In this document: positions 1 through 8,671 of the stretch, one piece after another
How positions within the stretch are numbered: the first letter of the stretch is position 1
Layout: every line of letters begins with the position of its first letter
IMG/VR virus record: IMGVR_UViG_3300013126_000034
Coordinates: 1 to 60,111 of that record
Reading direction: 5' to 3' (one strand)
Source: a virus
Taxonomy: Duplodnaviria; Caudoviricetes
DNA: 60,111 bases
Notes under the pieces: generated by a model
The model's database searches: none
What the model saw: only the letters and a program-made list of their open reading frames with translations
Told to the model about the DNA's origin: nothing
Position numbers and translations under genes: made by a program

Positions 1-330
1 GCCGGTCGCGCCCGTGTACCCAGTGTACCCGGTCGGGCCAGTAACCGTCGAGGCCGCGCCAGCAGGGCCAGTGAAGCCGGTCGGGCCCGTGGAGCCCATA
101 GAACCAACCGGCCCGGGAATTCCGGGCACGCCCTGATTGCCCTGCATTCCAGTGTACCCAGTCGGACCGGTGTACCCCGTAGCGCCCGCCGCGCCCGGCG
201 CACCGTTCTGACCCGCGGGACCCGTGTAGCCGGTTGCTCCGGTCGGGCCGGTCGGGCACAAAGCCTCGTGAGCGCAGTCAGCGAAGTTGCCGTAGGACGG
301 GCTGCAGTTCGTGGGATTCCGGAATTTCAT
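1..330 (-). CDS. Collagen-like (Gly-X-Thr) virion fibre protein, 3'-truncated by the window start
   Basis: Not in the ORF track because there is no stop in the window. The ATG at 330 overlaps the upstream TGA (ATGA). Manual translation: [40 protein letters not shown]...[13 protein letters not shown], open to position 1. Confidence 0.85.
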   Translation of the reverse strand, partial: MKFRNPTNCSPSYGNFADCAHEALCPTGPTGATGYTGPAGQNGAPGAAGATGYTGPTGYTGMQGNQGVPGIPGPVGSMGSTGPTGFTGPAGAASTVTGPTGYTGYTGATG

Positions 331-584
331 GGGCGAGCGAAAAAGTGGTGAATGGTCTGCTGGACGACCCAACCGATAATACCTACGACGGTGGAGAGGG
401 CGGCGACACCGCCCACGATTTTGGAGCGGTACGCGAGCTGTGTCTCTTCGAGGTCCTTGATCCGCTTCTCCTGCGAGACGAGCAGGGCTTGAATGTCAAC
501 GAGTCGCTGCTCGCTCTGCTCCAGTTTCAGGAGCACCGAGGCGAACATCGCATCGACGGATCTTAGGTTGACCTCTTGGCTCAT
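327..584 (-). CDS. Putative holin-like membrane protein (coiled coil plus C-terminal TM helix)
   Basis: 85 aa. N-terminal heptad-like region, one hydrophobic segment ([19 protein letters not shown]). ATGA-coupled to its neighbours. Confidence 0.5.
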   Translation of the reverse strand: MSQEVNLRSVDAMFASVLLKLEQSEQRLVDIQALLVSQEKRIKDLEETQLAYRSKIVGGVAALSTVVGIIGWVVQQTIHHFFARP

Positions 585-1222
585 TTTTTATCGGCCTTGC
601 CTTTGTAGTAGGAAAGTCGTGACAAGGCGTAAATGACAAAAAGCGACCCGATGCCAGCGAAGAGGATGATGCGCTCGTTGCCCACGAAGAGGGTGGGGCC
701 GAAGACAAGGGTTAGGCCAATCGCTGCCGTGGCCATCTGGACCTCCTTGCCACCGCTGATCGCGATTCTCACCGCTGGGTGAAACATCGCCGCAGCGAAG
801 AGTAGCAGGGCGATACCCACATACTGCACAGGTTGAAAGCTGGCGAGCTTGGCGGAAATTTCGCGGGACGCGTCCTTCTGAGCGGCCCCGATCTGCTGGT
901 TCGTGTCCCGCGTCGAGGACACTACCTTCACCGTCCCCGCCGGGATCACTTCGACCACCTTGGTCACCGAGCCGTCCGCGAGCTTCGTTTCCGTCACCCG
1001 CTCGGTCGGCTGGGCGAAAACGTACTTCTCCTCCTTGGCCTCTTTGACCACCTGCGATGACGGGGTCGAGGGGTTGTCCGGCGGCTCCAGCGTGAGGTTC
1101 ACGTCCGCCGCCAGATTGCCAACGGGCTCAATCTTCGCGACCCCGCCTTTCAATGGACGCAGGGCCCCGGTGTTACACCCGGAAACGAGCAGCCAAGCGA
1201 AAACGAGGACGCCAAATTTCAT
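581..1222 (-). CDS. Lipoprotein with C-terminal TM helices (possible spanin-type lysis protein)
   Basis: Start reassigned to the ATG at 1222 (MKFGVLVFAWLLVSG/C, lipobox-like), which lies downstream of a terminator and a promoter box. Two to three C-terminal hydrophobic helices. Confidence 0.55.
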   Translation of the reverse strand: MKFGVLVFAWLLVSGCNTGALRPLKGGVAKIEPVGNLAADVNLTLEPPDNPSTPSSQVVKEAKEEKYVFAQPTERVTETKLADGSVTKVVEVIPAGTVKVVSSTRDTNQQIGAAQKDASREISAKLASFQPVQYVGIALLLFAAAMFHPAVRIAISGGKEVQMATAAIGLTLVFGPTLFVGNERIILFAGIGSLFVIYALSRLSYYKGKADKK

Positions 1223-1228
1223 GACTGG

Positions 1229-1239
1229 AGTATACGACC
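1229..1239 (-). promoter_or_regulatory. Putative late promoter box GGTCGTATACT
   Basis: Copy of the recurring GTCGTAWRCT motif, 6 nt before the ATG at 1222. Confidence 0.65.
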
Positions 1240-1247
1240 TTCCGCAG

Positions 1248-1288
1248 CAAAAGAAACGCCCGCCCCGGTCGAAACCAAGGGCGGGCGG
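1248..1288 (-). terminator. Rho-independent terminator after the major capsid gene
   Basis: Minus strand reads CGCCCGCCC-TTGGTTTCGACCG-GGGCGGGCG followed by TTTCTTTTT. Confidence 0.85.
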
Positions 1289-1320
1289 CAACTCTAAGAG
1301 GCTATCTCAGAGGGGGTAGG

Positions 1321-2556
1321 TTACAGCCCGAGGCTGGTCACCGGACACGCGGTCACATCGAACTGCAAGCAACGCTTGTACAGGATCGGCGTGACAGCCG
1401 CCGGACGGACCGGCTGGTAGGCGCGGGTGATCTCGTACTTGTGCCAGCCGAAGTCTCCGTACATGTTCTCACAGTTGTCCAGCTCGTAGTGCCACTGAAG
1501 CTCGCCCATGACCAGTTGCGGGGCGAACTTGAACGAGCCTTCGCCCGTGTAACGCTCCGGAACCAGACGCTTGAACGAACCGGCACCGATCAGGAAGCCG
1601 ACCTCGAACGGCGCGGCAACCCAAGCCGGATTGACACGAGCGGCGGTGCCGTTGGTCGTTGCGACGCCGATGAACGGCTCAACGAAAACCGGCTGGCCGT
1701 TGATGTCGAGGCCGGATGCGCGCAGCGGACGCTGGTCGATACCGAAGCTGACGCCACGGTAGTTGCCGAACGTCTCCCACGAGTAGCTCGTGAGGGCGCG
1801 TTCGCCGGACTTGAACGACCCGGTCGTCAGGGCGATCAGGGTCTGCTTGACGCCAGCTTCCTCACGGAACTGCTCGATGATGTCCACCGAACCGATGAAC
1901 TTGTAGTGGGCACCGTTCGTGCCGTCAGCAAACATCTCATCGAGGATGGTGTCCTTCTTGTAACGGGCGACCGCATGCAGGGCCGAGAACGTGAACTGAC
2001 CGATGTTGGCCGCCGGGATGTTCGCGTACTGGATGTCGATCTGAGCCTCACCACCGGTGAAGAGCTGGCTGAAGCCGTAGGTGCTGGACAGACCAGCCAC
2101 GAACTTCGTGCCCGAGCGGTCGTGCATGGTCGCACGCACGTCGGTGTTCATGTACTGAACCATCAGCTTCTTCAGCGAGTCTTCCGCCATCGTGTACGAG
2201 CCCTTGTAGGCCGCGAAGCCGTTCTTCACGCACACCTTGGGGCCGATACCACGCTTCGTACCGAGAGCGTAAGCGTATTCGGTCGTGGCGACATTGTCCT
2301 GACCCTCGAACGGTCCGCAAACGGTCGCGGTCGTGGTGAAGGTCGGACGAACGAGGGAGTCAGACGGGAGGGCCTGCTCTTGAACGACGGAGCGAACCGT
2401 GTCGGAGATGCCGGACGGGAAGACACCGCCCTCAAGGACGTTGACCCACGGGGAGTTGTAAGCAAGTGCCTTGGCGATCTGGCCAAGCACGCGATTGGTG
2501 TCCTTCGTCGCAAGGGCGCGAGCGGCGATAGGACCGAAGCAATTAGAAACAGCCAT
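1321..2556 (-). CDS. Major capsid protein
   Basis: 411 aa from the ATG at 2556 (MAVSNCFG). Downstream of portal and scaffold, strongly biased codon usage, own promoter box and terminator. Confidence 0.75.
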   Translation of the reverse strand: MAVSNCFGPIAARALATKDTNRVLGQIAKALAYNSPWVNVLEGGVFPSGISDTVRSVVQEQALPSDSLVRPTFTTTATVCGPFEGQDNVATTEYAYALGTKRGIGPKVCVKNGFAAYKGSYTMAEDSLKKLMVQYMNTDVRATMHDRSGTKFVAGLSSTYGFSQLFTGGEAQIDIQYANIPAANIGQFTFSALHAVARYKKDTILDEMFADGTNGAHYKFIGSVDIIEQFREEAGVKQTLIALTTGSFKSGERALTSYSWETFGNYRGVSFGIDQRPLRASGLDINGQPVFVEPFIGVATTNGTAARVNPAWVAAPFEVGFLIGAGSFKRLVPERYTGEGSFKFAPQLVMGELQWHYELDNCENMYGDFGWHKYEITRAYQPVRPAAVTPILYKRCLQFDVTACPVTSLGL

Positions 2557-2578
2557 TGTAAGGTGCCCGAAGAAGATA

Positions 2579-2648
2579 GTTGGTCTCACCGTGCTTGGGC
2601 ACGGCGCGGCGAGAAGGGAAGTGGACTCTGCTCCTTCGCCAGACCAAC
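2579..2648 (-). promoter_or_regulatory. Structured 5' leader (three-way junction) of the capsid mRNA
   Basis: The closing stem GTTGGTCT/AGACCAAC encloses two hairpins: GGCG-AAGG/CCTT-CT-CGCC and CCGTGC-CCAA-GCACGG. Confidence 0.5.
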
Positions 2649-2710
2649 GGCTCGGACAGTCTTTAGGGTCGATGGACGGTTGAGCACTCCGGCCAATTTA
2701 GGCTCGCGGT

Positions 2711-2721
2711 AGTATACGCAC
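2711..2721 (-). promoter_or_regulatory. Putative late promoter box GTGCGTATACT for the capsid gene
   Basis: Variant of the recurring motif, about 155 nt upstream of the capsid ATG. Confidence 0.55.
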
Positions 2722-2731
2722 TTTTTACGCC

Positions 2732-2753
2732 TAAGGTAAAAATTTTTACCTTA
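2732..2753. repeat. Perfect 22-bp palindrome TAAGGTAAAAATTTTTACCTTA
   Basis: Read directly. Overlaps the stop codon of 2746..3462 and lies just upstream of the capsid promoter box. Confidence 0.9.
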
Positions 2754-3462
2754 CCTCTCCAAAGAGCCTCTGACGGATGATCTGCAATCCGCTATCGTCC
2801 TTGATACCATGCACAAAAGCGTACCTCGTTCCGGGGCGATAAAGATCCACCGTGGATACGTTTTGGCCGCGGTAGAGGTTGAGCATCTGGTTGCTCTTCC
2901 ACCAGTGGCGGCTCAAGCGATGCGCGTGGTACACGTCCCACCCGATATGTGGAGCCGAACCTTCAAGGCCGCGCACGCGGTCGCAGAGGGACGGGTGGAA
3001 GATCATGTTGCCATTAATGTGCCCTACGGGGCTGTGGTGCTCGGACCACGCCCCCATGACCAGCTTCTTGTCCTCAAGGGCCATCTTCCACTCCCGCTGG
3101 ATGCGGTAGAGCCAGTTCTTCTGGAGCGGCAGGATGTCGGGCTCCAGTAGCCAGACTCCCGTGACACGCTTCCACTCGCCGCTGTTCCACTTCTCCTGCG
3201 CCAGCATGAAGGCGTCCGAGGCCATGCCGTTGCACCCAGCGGGCCAGCCCACCTCCTTGCGTCGGCAAGTGTGCGTGTAGATGTTGAACTTGCGACCGAC
3301 GTACCCGAGGGTCTCGTCGTCCACGGGCGTCGCGTCGAAACGCCGCAGGAACATGAACGCAAAGTCGTCGTCCTTCTGCGGCTGCAGGTCCGCGATGAGC
3401 CGAGCAACGGACAAAGCCCGCTGCTTGTCGCCCTCCCAGTACTGCATGCAGAGGATCATCAT
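2746..3462 (-). CDS. Putative glycosyltransferase-like protein (GT-A-like)
   Basis: Hydrophobic strand plus acidic motif WLLEPD, NGNMIF, and C-terminal FVHGIKD. ATGA-coupled to the GT gene upstream. Confidence 0.45.
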   Translation of the reverse strand: MMILCMQYWEGDKQRALSVARLIADLQPQKDDDFAFMFLRRFDATPVDDETLGYVGRKFNIYTHTCRRKEVGWPAGCNGMASDAFMLAQEKWNSGEWKRVTGVWLLEPDILPLQKNWLYRIQREWKMALEDKKLVMGAWSEHHSPVGHINGNMIFHPSLCDRVRGLEGSAPHIGWDVYHAHRLSRHWWKSNQMLNLYRGQNVSTVDLYRPGTRYAFVHGIKDDSGLQIIRQRLFGEVR

Positions 3463-4520
3463 CGTCCCCGCGTATTGTGTGCGCCGTAGCAGGCGAATCC
3501 GATGTGCCCGCAGTGCACCGAGAGGTCAACGTACGACCGGTGACCAGCGATGCCCGCACGGATGCCGAACGTCTGGTCCTCGCCCTGCTGAAGCCGCGAG
3601 TTCTTCACCGTCTCCATCTTCGTCTCTTCAAGCTGGGTGCGGATGTCGTCGAACAGACGCTCGACTTCCGTGAGGTCCATCTTCCCGTCGCGCACGCGTT
3701 GGTACGCGCCCGTGACCTGTTCGGAGAGGCCGTTGATCTTGTTCACCGCGGCGTCGTTCGCGTTCGAGAAGTAGTGCCACGACTCGGTGGGGTGCGCCGG
3801 AGCAAGGTTGGGGAACGTCTTGCGAAGATCAAGGTACACCTGACGGTGCACGAGCAAGGCACCCGTGGCGCACCACTTCACTGGCTTGAGCTCGTCGATG
3901 GGGCCGTTGTGAACTCTTGCATTTTCCGCAACACTCTCGGGCGTACTCAGCATCGCTTCGTAGAACATCGCACGGCCTGCGGGGTTGCGACCGAAATAGG
4001 TCGCGCCCACGATGGACTTGTTGTGCGCGAGGAGCGCGTTCAGCGTGTGCTTGCCCGCGTATTTTTCGGGCAGATTAAAGCCTGTAAAATGATTGAACCA
4101 GCCCGCATTCCCAAACGGGAACACCATGTCGTCGTCCGTCCAGAACGACCACTCGACGCCGGTGTCGAGGAACTGGTCAGCGAGGACGTTGCGAGCGTGG
4201 TGGATGAACGCGTCGTTGTGGCGCATGAGTGCACCCATCTTGTCGCGCTCCAAGAGCCCGAGAATGGAGAAGTGCGTCACCGGGTGCACGGCCTTGTAAA
4301 ACGGCTGCAGAAGCACGACCTTTTTGCCCTCCCAGTTGGCCCGCTCCACGGGCCTCGCTTCCTTCACCTCAAACACCTTCTCCACGGCAGCGATGCTCGG
4401 CACCTTGGAACCGTTACGCCACTGCTGAATCAGGAGCTTGGATACGCCAAAGAAGTCCGCCGCGGCGTCGTCGCCGATCTCAACGATCTTCGCTTTTACG
4501 ATGTTCCGCAGGTACGACAT
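3459..4520 (-). CDS. XRE-like HTH fused to a GT-A (GT2-like) glycosyltransferase
   Basis: N-terminus has AAADFFGVSKLLIQQWRNGSKVPS (HTH). GT motifs are ARN, FWTDDD, IVGATYFGR, ATGALLV, GED and HCGHIG. Confidence 0.7.
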   Translation of the reverse strand: MSYLRNIVKAKIVEIGDDAAADFFGVSKLLIQQWRNGSKVPSIAAVEKVFEVKEARPVERANWEGKKVVLLQPFYKAVHPVTHFSILGLLERDKMGALMRHNDAFIHHARNVLADQFLDTGVEWSFWTDDDMVFPFGNAGWFNHFTGFNLPEKYAGKHTLNALLAHNKSIVGATYFGRNPAGRAMFYEAMLSTPESVAENARVHNGPIDELKPVKWCATGALLVHRQVYLDLRKTFPNLAPAHPTESWHYFSNANDAAVNKINGLSEQVTGAYQRVRDGKMDLTEVERLFDDIRTQLEETKMETVKNSRLQQGEDQTFGIRAGIAGHRSYVDLSVHCGHIGFACYGAHNTRGR

Positions 4521-4526
4521 GTAATT

Positions 4527-4576
4527 ACGTCTGAGGCATCAGACGTTGTTCGAGTTTTGGTCTGGTATGTCAGACC
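4527..4576. promoter_or_regulatory. Pair of related inverted repeats (candidate operators)
   Basis: ACGTCTGA-GGCA-TCAGACGT (4527-4546) and GGTCTG-GTATGT-CAGACC (4559-4576), centres 31 bp apart, directly upstream of the HTH-GT start. Confidence 0.6.
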
Positions 4577-5983
4577 TTAACGCTGCATTGCCTTCCAAGC
4601 TTCTTCCATCGCGTCCTCGGCACTCGTGTCGAACACATCAACACGCGGGGCGGCGCGGTCAGCGGTGGCGGAAGAACGAGTAGTCTTGGAGAGTCGCCCG
4701 GCTTCACGGATGCTGGAGAGTTCCTTTTCCAACGTCTTCACGCGGGTCTCGGTCTCCTTGAGCTGGGCCTGATACCGTGGGGCGAGGACACCAGCCAGCG
4801 CGAGAATGCTGCGCGTCCGGGCCGAGTCGTCCTGCAGGAACGAAAGCAGCATCTTCTGCGACTCCGCCGCGGCAGCGTTGTGACGCTCGATCTCCGCCTT
4901 GACGGCGGGCGTTGCGTTGGCTGGGGTCTCCTTCTGATGGAGGAAAGGAACCTGAGGCAGCACGGGCTTTAACGTCCGCACGGCCTCCTCGACGAACTGG
5001 TCCTGACTACGGGCGGGCGCGTTGCGCTTTTCGGCCAGAATCTGGTCCGCCTTGGACTTGATGTCCCGGAGCGCGGACTGACGGTCGGACTCTATGTTCT
5101 CGTTGTCCGCGAGGCGGGCCGTGATGAGGAGCTTGTCACGCGGACTCAGCTTCTCGGCCCAGCGGGCGATCTGCTCGACCTGCTGGTCGTACGACAGCGA
5201 CTTCACCTGATCGACGAGTTCGTCCTTCAGGCCGTTGCGCTTCAGGGTCTCGAAAATCGTGCCGTTGTTCTGGGCCAGACGGGACGAAAACTTCTGCTGG
5301 AATTCCGGGTCACGCTCGGCATCGAACGTCGCACGAAACTCGCGCAGCTCCTTCAGCTCGGCCTCGATGTTGTCCGGCACCGTCTTCTTCGACAGCTCGT
5401 CCACCTTCGCACGCAGCTCCTGCAGTTCCTTGCGTGCCTGCTCCGCTTCGATGCGGGCCTTCAGCTCGCGGTCCTTGGCCGTGCGCTTCAGTTCCTCGAA
5501 AGTATTCTTCGTCTTCTCCGACGCATCGGAGCGGAGCTTCACCTTGTCGTACGGGTCTTCCTCCGTTGGCGTCTCCGGCGCGGTCTCGACCTTCTCTTCC
5601 TTGCCCAGCAGTTTGGTCAGCAGGTCGTCGGGCTGCGGCTCTTCCTGCGTGGTGGCCGGTTGCTCGACCTGATCCTCAACTGCGTCGGGCTTGTCGTTCG
5701 ACGCCATCTCGCTCGTGACGACCTCCTCGGTCACGGGCGGCTCCGCGTCCGGCATCTCCTCCGCCGTTTCGATCTGGCGGTCGGTGAGCTTGTCGCGGTC
5801 GCGGTCGGCGATGTTGTCGAGCGTGGTCGGCGCACGACCCAACTCGTCCTCGAAAAGGCTGTCCATTGCGCTCGTCGCGTCCTCAACGTCGTCGGGCGGT
5901 AGCACAATGCCGTTCTTGTTCGTGAGCGCAGCTTCCGCCATAGCGGAGCGAGAGGGCAGGTCGGGTTGGAGTGCGTCAGCCAT
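4577..5983 (-). CDS. Capsid scaffolding protein
   Basis: Acidic disordered N-terminus and long coiled coils, located between portal and capsid. Confidence 0.65.
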   Translation of the reverse strand: MADALQPDLPSRSAMAEAALTNKNGIVLPPDDVEDATSAMDSLFEDELGRAPTTLDNIADRDRDKLTDRQIETAEEMPDAEPPVTEEVVTSEMASNDKPDAVEDQVEQPATTQEEPQPDDLLTKLLGKEEKVETAPETPTEEDPYDKVKLRSDASEKTKNTFEELKRTAKDRELKARIEAEQARKELQELRAKVDELSKKTVPDNIEAELKELREFRATFDAERDPEFQQKFSSRLAQNNGTIFETLKRNGLKDELVDQVKSLSYDQQVEQIARWAEKLSPRDKLLITARLADNENIESDRQSALRDIKSKADQILAEKRNAPARSQDQFVEEAVRTLKPVLPQVPFLHQKETPANATPAVKAEIERHNAAAAESQKMLLSFLQDDSARTRSILALAGVLAPRYQAQLKETETRVKTLEKELSSIREAGRLSKTTRSSATADRAAPRVDVFDTSAEDAMEEAWKAMQR

Positions 5984-5984
5984 G

Positions 5985-6230
5985 TTATTCTGGTGAAGCA
6001 GTGAGGCTGATCATCTCCTGCAATGCAAGCTCGTATCCGGCCTGCACATCCGCCTCGGCTATGCGCCGGTCTGGATCAAAGGGCCCATCCGGCCTGATGG
6101 TGGATACACTCGGGCGCATCCAGAACATCCGCTGGAGGAAAATCTGCCCGGAGGGAGTGTTAAGGAACTGCCGCAGCGCGGCGGCTTGGTCGGAGGACCA
6201 AGTGGGGGTCTCGGTTGGAATCTTAAACAT
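5985..6230 (-). CDS. Small head-module protein
   Basis: Likely start MFKIPT at 6230, overlapping the portal stop. Motif LRQFLNTPSGQIFL, in the usual portal-downstream position. Confidence 0.6.
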   Translation of the reverse strand: MFKIPTETPTWSSDQAAALRQFLNTPSGQIFLQRMFWMRPSVSTIRPDGPFDPDRRIAEADVQAGYELALQEMISLTASPE

Positions 6231-8364
6231 TAGGAGGGGGTTGAGCCGCTGGTGCGGCCTGCGCCTCGGCAATGGCTTCAGGCGGGATGCCCTGCTGGGC
6301 CATTAGGGCTTCCTGCTCCTGCTGCGCGGCGAGAGTAGCTTGGAGCTGCCCCAACTGGGTAGCGGCTTCCCGAATCTGACGCAGGTCTTCAGCGAATTCG
6401 TCCTTCTTGGCACCCGCGGCGACGGCCACCTCGATGTGCTGTGCCCAGTGCCCGAGCGCGATCTGGAACGAGGCCATGAGTGCCGGGTCGCCGGAGCCGA
6501 GCTGCTCCGCAGCCGCCGCGATGACGGGCTTGAGGACCTCAATGTGAACCTGATGGTTGTCGCGGGGTGACACCGGCACCTCACGGCCCGCGCTGAGAAG
6601 AAGGTTCTCCAGCTCCTGCTGGCGGGTCTGCTCCGTGATTACCGTCGGGTCCGCCTCGGCGAGCATGACATCCTCCGCGAACTCCGCGTCGATGCGGGCA
6701 GCGGCGGCAATCTTCTGGAGCTTGGCCTGATCGAAGAGCGGGTCGGTGCGCTTCTCGTTCGCGAAGAGGACGAGCTGCTGGGCTTTAAGGTCCGTGAGGT
6801 CGTCCACCGTCCGGAGCGCGGGCTGCTTGGCGATGTAGTCAAGTTCCTTCGGCGACATGTAGTTGAGGAGGTACTCGCGGGCCTGCTTGGCCTCGGTGTC
6901 GTCGGTCTTCGGGCTGATGACACGACGCTGGCAGGTGCCGATCATGTTCCCGACCTGAATGAGGAAACGCTCAAGGATCGCGTCGCGCTTCTCCTCCTCA
7001 CGGGCCGCAAACAGGTTCACCTCGCTCGCTGTCGTGCGCTCGCCGCCGAATTCCTTCGGGGTCACGCCACCGGCAATCTGGTCCATGTACGCCACGAGCT
7101 GACGGTCGAGCAGGGCGAACGCCTCGACGTTCGGGTCGATACCCTTCTGCTGAGAGATCGTGTAGTTGGCCGGGATGAGCACGGCATTACCGTGCACGGC
7201 GAGAGCGAAACGGTTGAGTTGCTTGGCTTCGCCCTGAATGAGAATCTTGCCCGAGAGCTGAAGACGGTCCACCACCTCGTTGCGTGCGCGGTCGATAGCG
7301 GCGGCGATCTCAAACAGCTCGCGGCCAATGCCCTTCGATCCCATCAATTTTCCGTTCGCCTGCTGGAACGAGAAGAGCGACAGCACGTCGGACATCTGCT
7401 CGAACTGGTCGAGCTTCTCGAAGAGAATCTTCTTGGCCCGCCCGTCCACGATGTAGTGACTCACTTGGCCGTCACACTCGGGGACGTAGAGGTGGTAAAT
7501 CTCAATCGTCTTCGAGCCGGACAGAAGCGACAGCGAAACGCTCGACTCGCGGATCGCGTCCTCGAACGTACGAAAATCTGTGTACGGGTTCGAGTTCCCG
7601 CCGCCCGTGATGGAACGCGGCGCAGCGGCGTTGATCGCGGCCACCGTGTTGTCGATGTCCCAGCCAGCGGCCTCGGCGGCGTCCTTGTTCTCGATGAACG
7701 CGGCCAGCTCGTGGATCATCAGGTACTGCTTGCCGATCCAAAGTTGGACGCCGGAGATGTTCTGCTTCGTGCCGTCCGGGACGAAGAACTCATCCTGACG
7801 AAAGTGCGTCGGACGCCACGAGTACTCGTCCAGCCACGCCACGGTGGTGAATCCGAAAAGCGCGTTCTCCTGCGACACCTCGTTCAGGAAATCGACCCAC
7901 CCATCCCAGCCACGAATCGTGTCCGTAATCTTGCGGCGGAAGAGTTCGGTCTTCTGCTTGCCGCCCGGGTGATTCTCAGGGAACGACGCGGACGTGAGGT
8001 AACGCGCCGACTGCACGGCCTTCGTGAGCCGCGGGCTCACCTTGTCGATGGCCGTGGACAGGGGCTTCGTGGAGAAGTTGCTCTTCCAGCCCAGACCGTG
8101 CTCCTCCAGCTCCTCACGCGTGAACGGACGCTCGGCGTTGTACTTGGCGAGGATGCGACCGTTCTTCTCGTTCTGATCGCGGCGGGCCTCTTCTAGCGTG
8201 CTGATGATCGCGAAGATGTGCTGAACATTCGAGATCGCACGACGCTTCGGCTTCATCGTCCTCGGGTCGAGGTCCGGTGAGTTCACCGTGCCGCCGGAGA
8301 TGCCGTCGGAGGCGGGCGGAATCAGGGCGTTGGTGGACGAAACGTCTGGGTAGGCTTGTTCCAT
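6223..8364 (-). CDS. Portal protein
   Basis: 713 aa, helical, with the ERTTASEV motif typical of podovirus-type portals. Located between terminase and scaffold. Confidence 0.75.
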   Translation of the reverse strand: MEQAYPDVSSTNALIPPASDGISGGTVNSPDLDPRTMKPKRRAISNVQHIFAIISTLEEARRDQNEKNGRILAKYNAERPFTREELEEHGLGWKSNFSTKPLSTAIDKVSPRLTKAVQSARYLTSASFPENHPGGKQKTELFRRKITDTIRGWDGWVDFLNEVSQENALFGFTTVAWLDEYSWRPTHFRQDEFFVPDGTKQNISGVQLWIGKQYLMIHELAAFIENKDAAEAAGWDIDNTVAAINAAAPRSITGGGNSNPYTDFRTFEDAIRESSVSLSLLSGSKTIEIYHLYVPECDGQVSHYIVDGRAKKILFEKLDQFEQMSDVLSLFSFQQANGKLMGSKGIGRELFEIAAAIDRARNEVVDRLQLSGKILIQGEAKQLNRFALAVHGNAVLIPANYTISQQKGIDPNVEAFALLDRQLVAYMDQIAGGVTPKEFGGERTTASEVNLFAAREEEKRDAILERFLIQVGNMIGTCQRRVISPKTDDTEAKQAREYLLNYMSPKELDYIAKQPALRTVDDLTDLKAQQLVLFANEKRTDPLFDQAKLQKIAAAARIDAEFAEDVMLAEADPTVITEQTRQQELENLLLSAGREVPVSPRDNHQVHIEVLKPVIAAAAEQLGSGDPALMASFQIALGHWAQHIEVAVAAGAKKDEFAEDLRQIREAATQLGQLQATLAAQQEQEALMAQQGIPPEAIAEAQAAPAAQPPPNV

Positions 8365-8384
8365 GTCAGGAGCTGGTTACCCGT

Positions 8385-8395
8385 AGCTTACGACT
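8385..8395 (-). promoter_or_regulatory. Putative late promoter box AGTCGTAAGCT
   Basis: Motif copy overlapping the upstream TAG, 20 nt before the portal ATG. Confidence 0.6.
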
Positions 8396-8627
8396 ACCGA
8401 TACCGGGCCGTCTTCTTTGCAACCGACTTGGGCTGCTTCACGAACTGCTTGCCGGAACGCATGCCCTTCTTCTTGGCGCGGTTGGTCGCGGCCTTCTCGC
8501 CGGGGCTCAGGCTCTTCCACGCGGCGTCCGGGAGGTAACGCTCGCCCGTCTTCAGGCTGGGCTTCCCGGAGGAGGTCCGCCACTTCTGGTTAGTCCACTC
8601 GACTAAGTCACGTTGTTGGGGTTTCAT
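8394..8627 (-). CDS. Small basic protein (DUF5872-like, C-terminal half)
   Basis: WTNQKWRT...TGERYLP...AATNRAKKKG...GKQFVKQP resembles a common small phage protein. Confidence 0.7.
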   Translation of the reverse strand: MKPQQRDLVEWTNQKWRTSSGKPSLKTGERYLPDAAWKSLSPGEKAATNRAKKKGMRSGKQFVKQPKSVAKKTARYR

Positions 8628-8671
8628 TTGGACGTTGCTGGGGTTTCACTTGGACGTTGCTGGGATTTCAT
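8611..8671. repeat. 22-bp tandem repeat, about 3 copies, triplicating a gene start
   Basis: Minus strand reads ATGAAATCCCAGCAACGTCCAA / GTGAAACCCCAGCAACGTCCAA / ATGAAACCCCAACAACG. Confidence 0.85.

Noticed and set aside
1441-2712. Long antisense ORFs (also 3477-4580, 11206-12465, 12875-14074, 20362-21864, 30664-31911, 42089-43306)
   Set aside because: They mirror well-supported genes on the other strand. Such ORFs are expected from high GC3 codon bias and show no protein motifs.
2746-4520. T4-like DNA glucosylation pathway
   Set aside because: No hydroxymethylase or TET/JBP-like gene was recognised and the GTs are in late operons. This is not fully excluded, given the missing segment and the HTH fusion.
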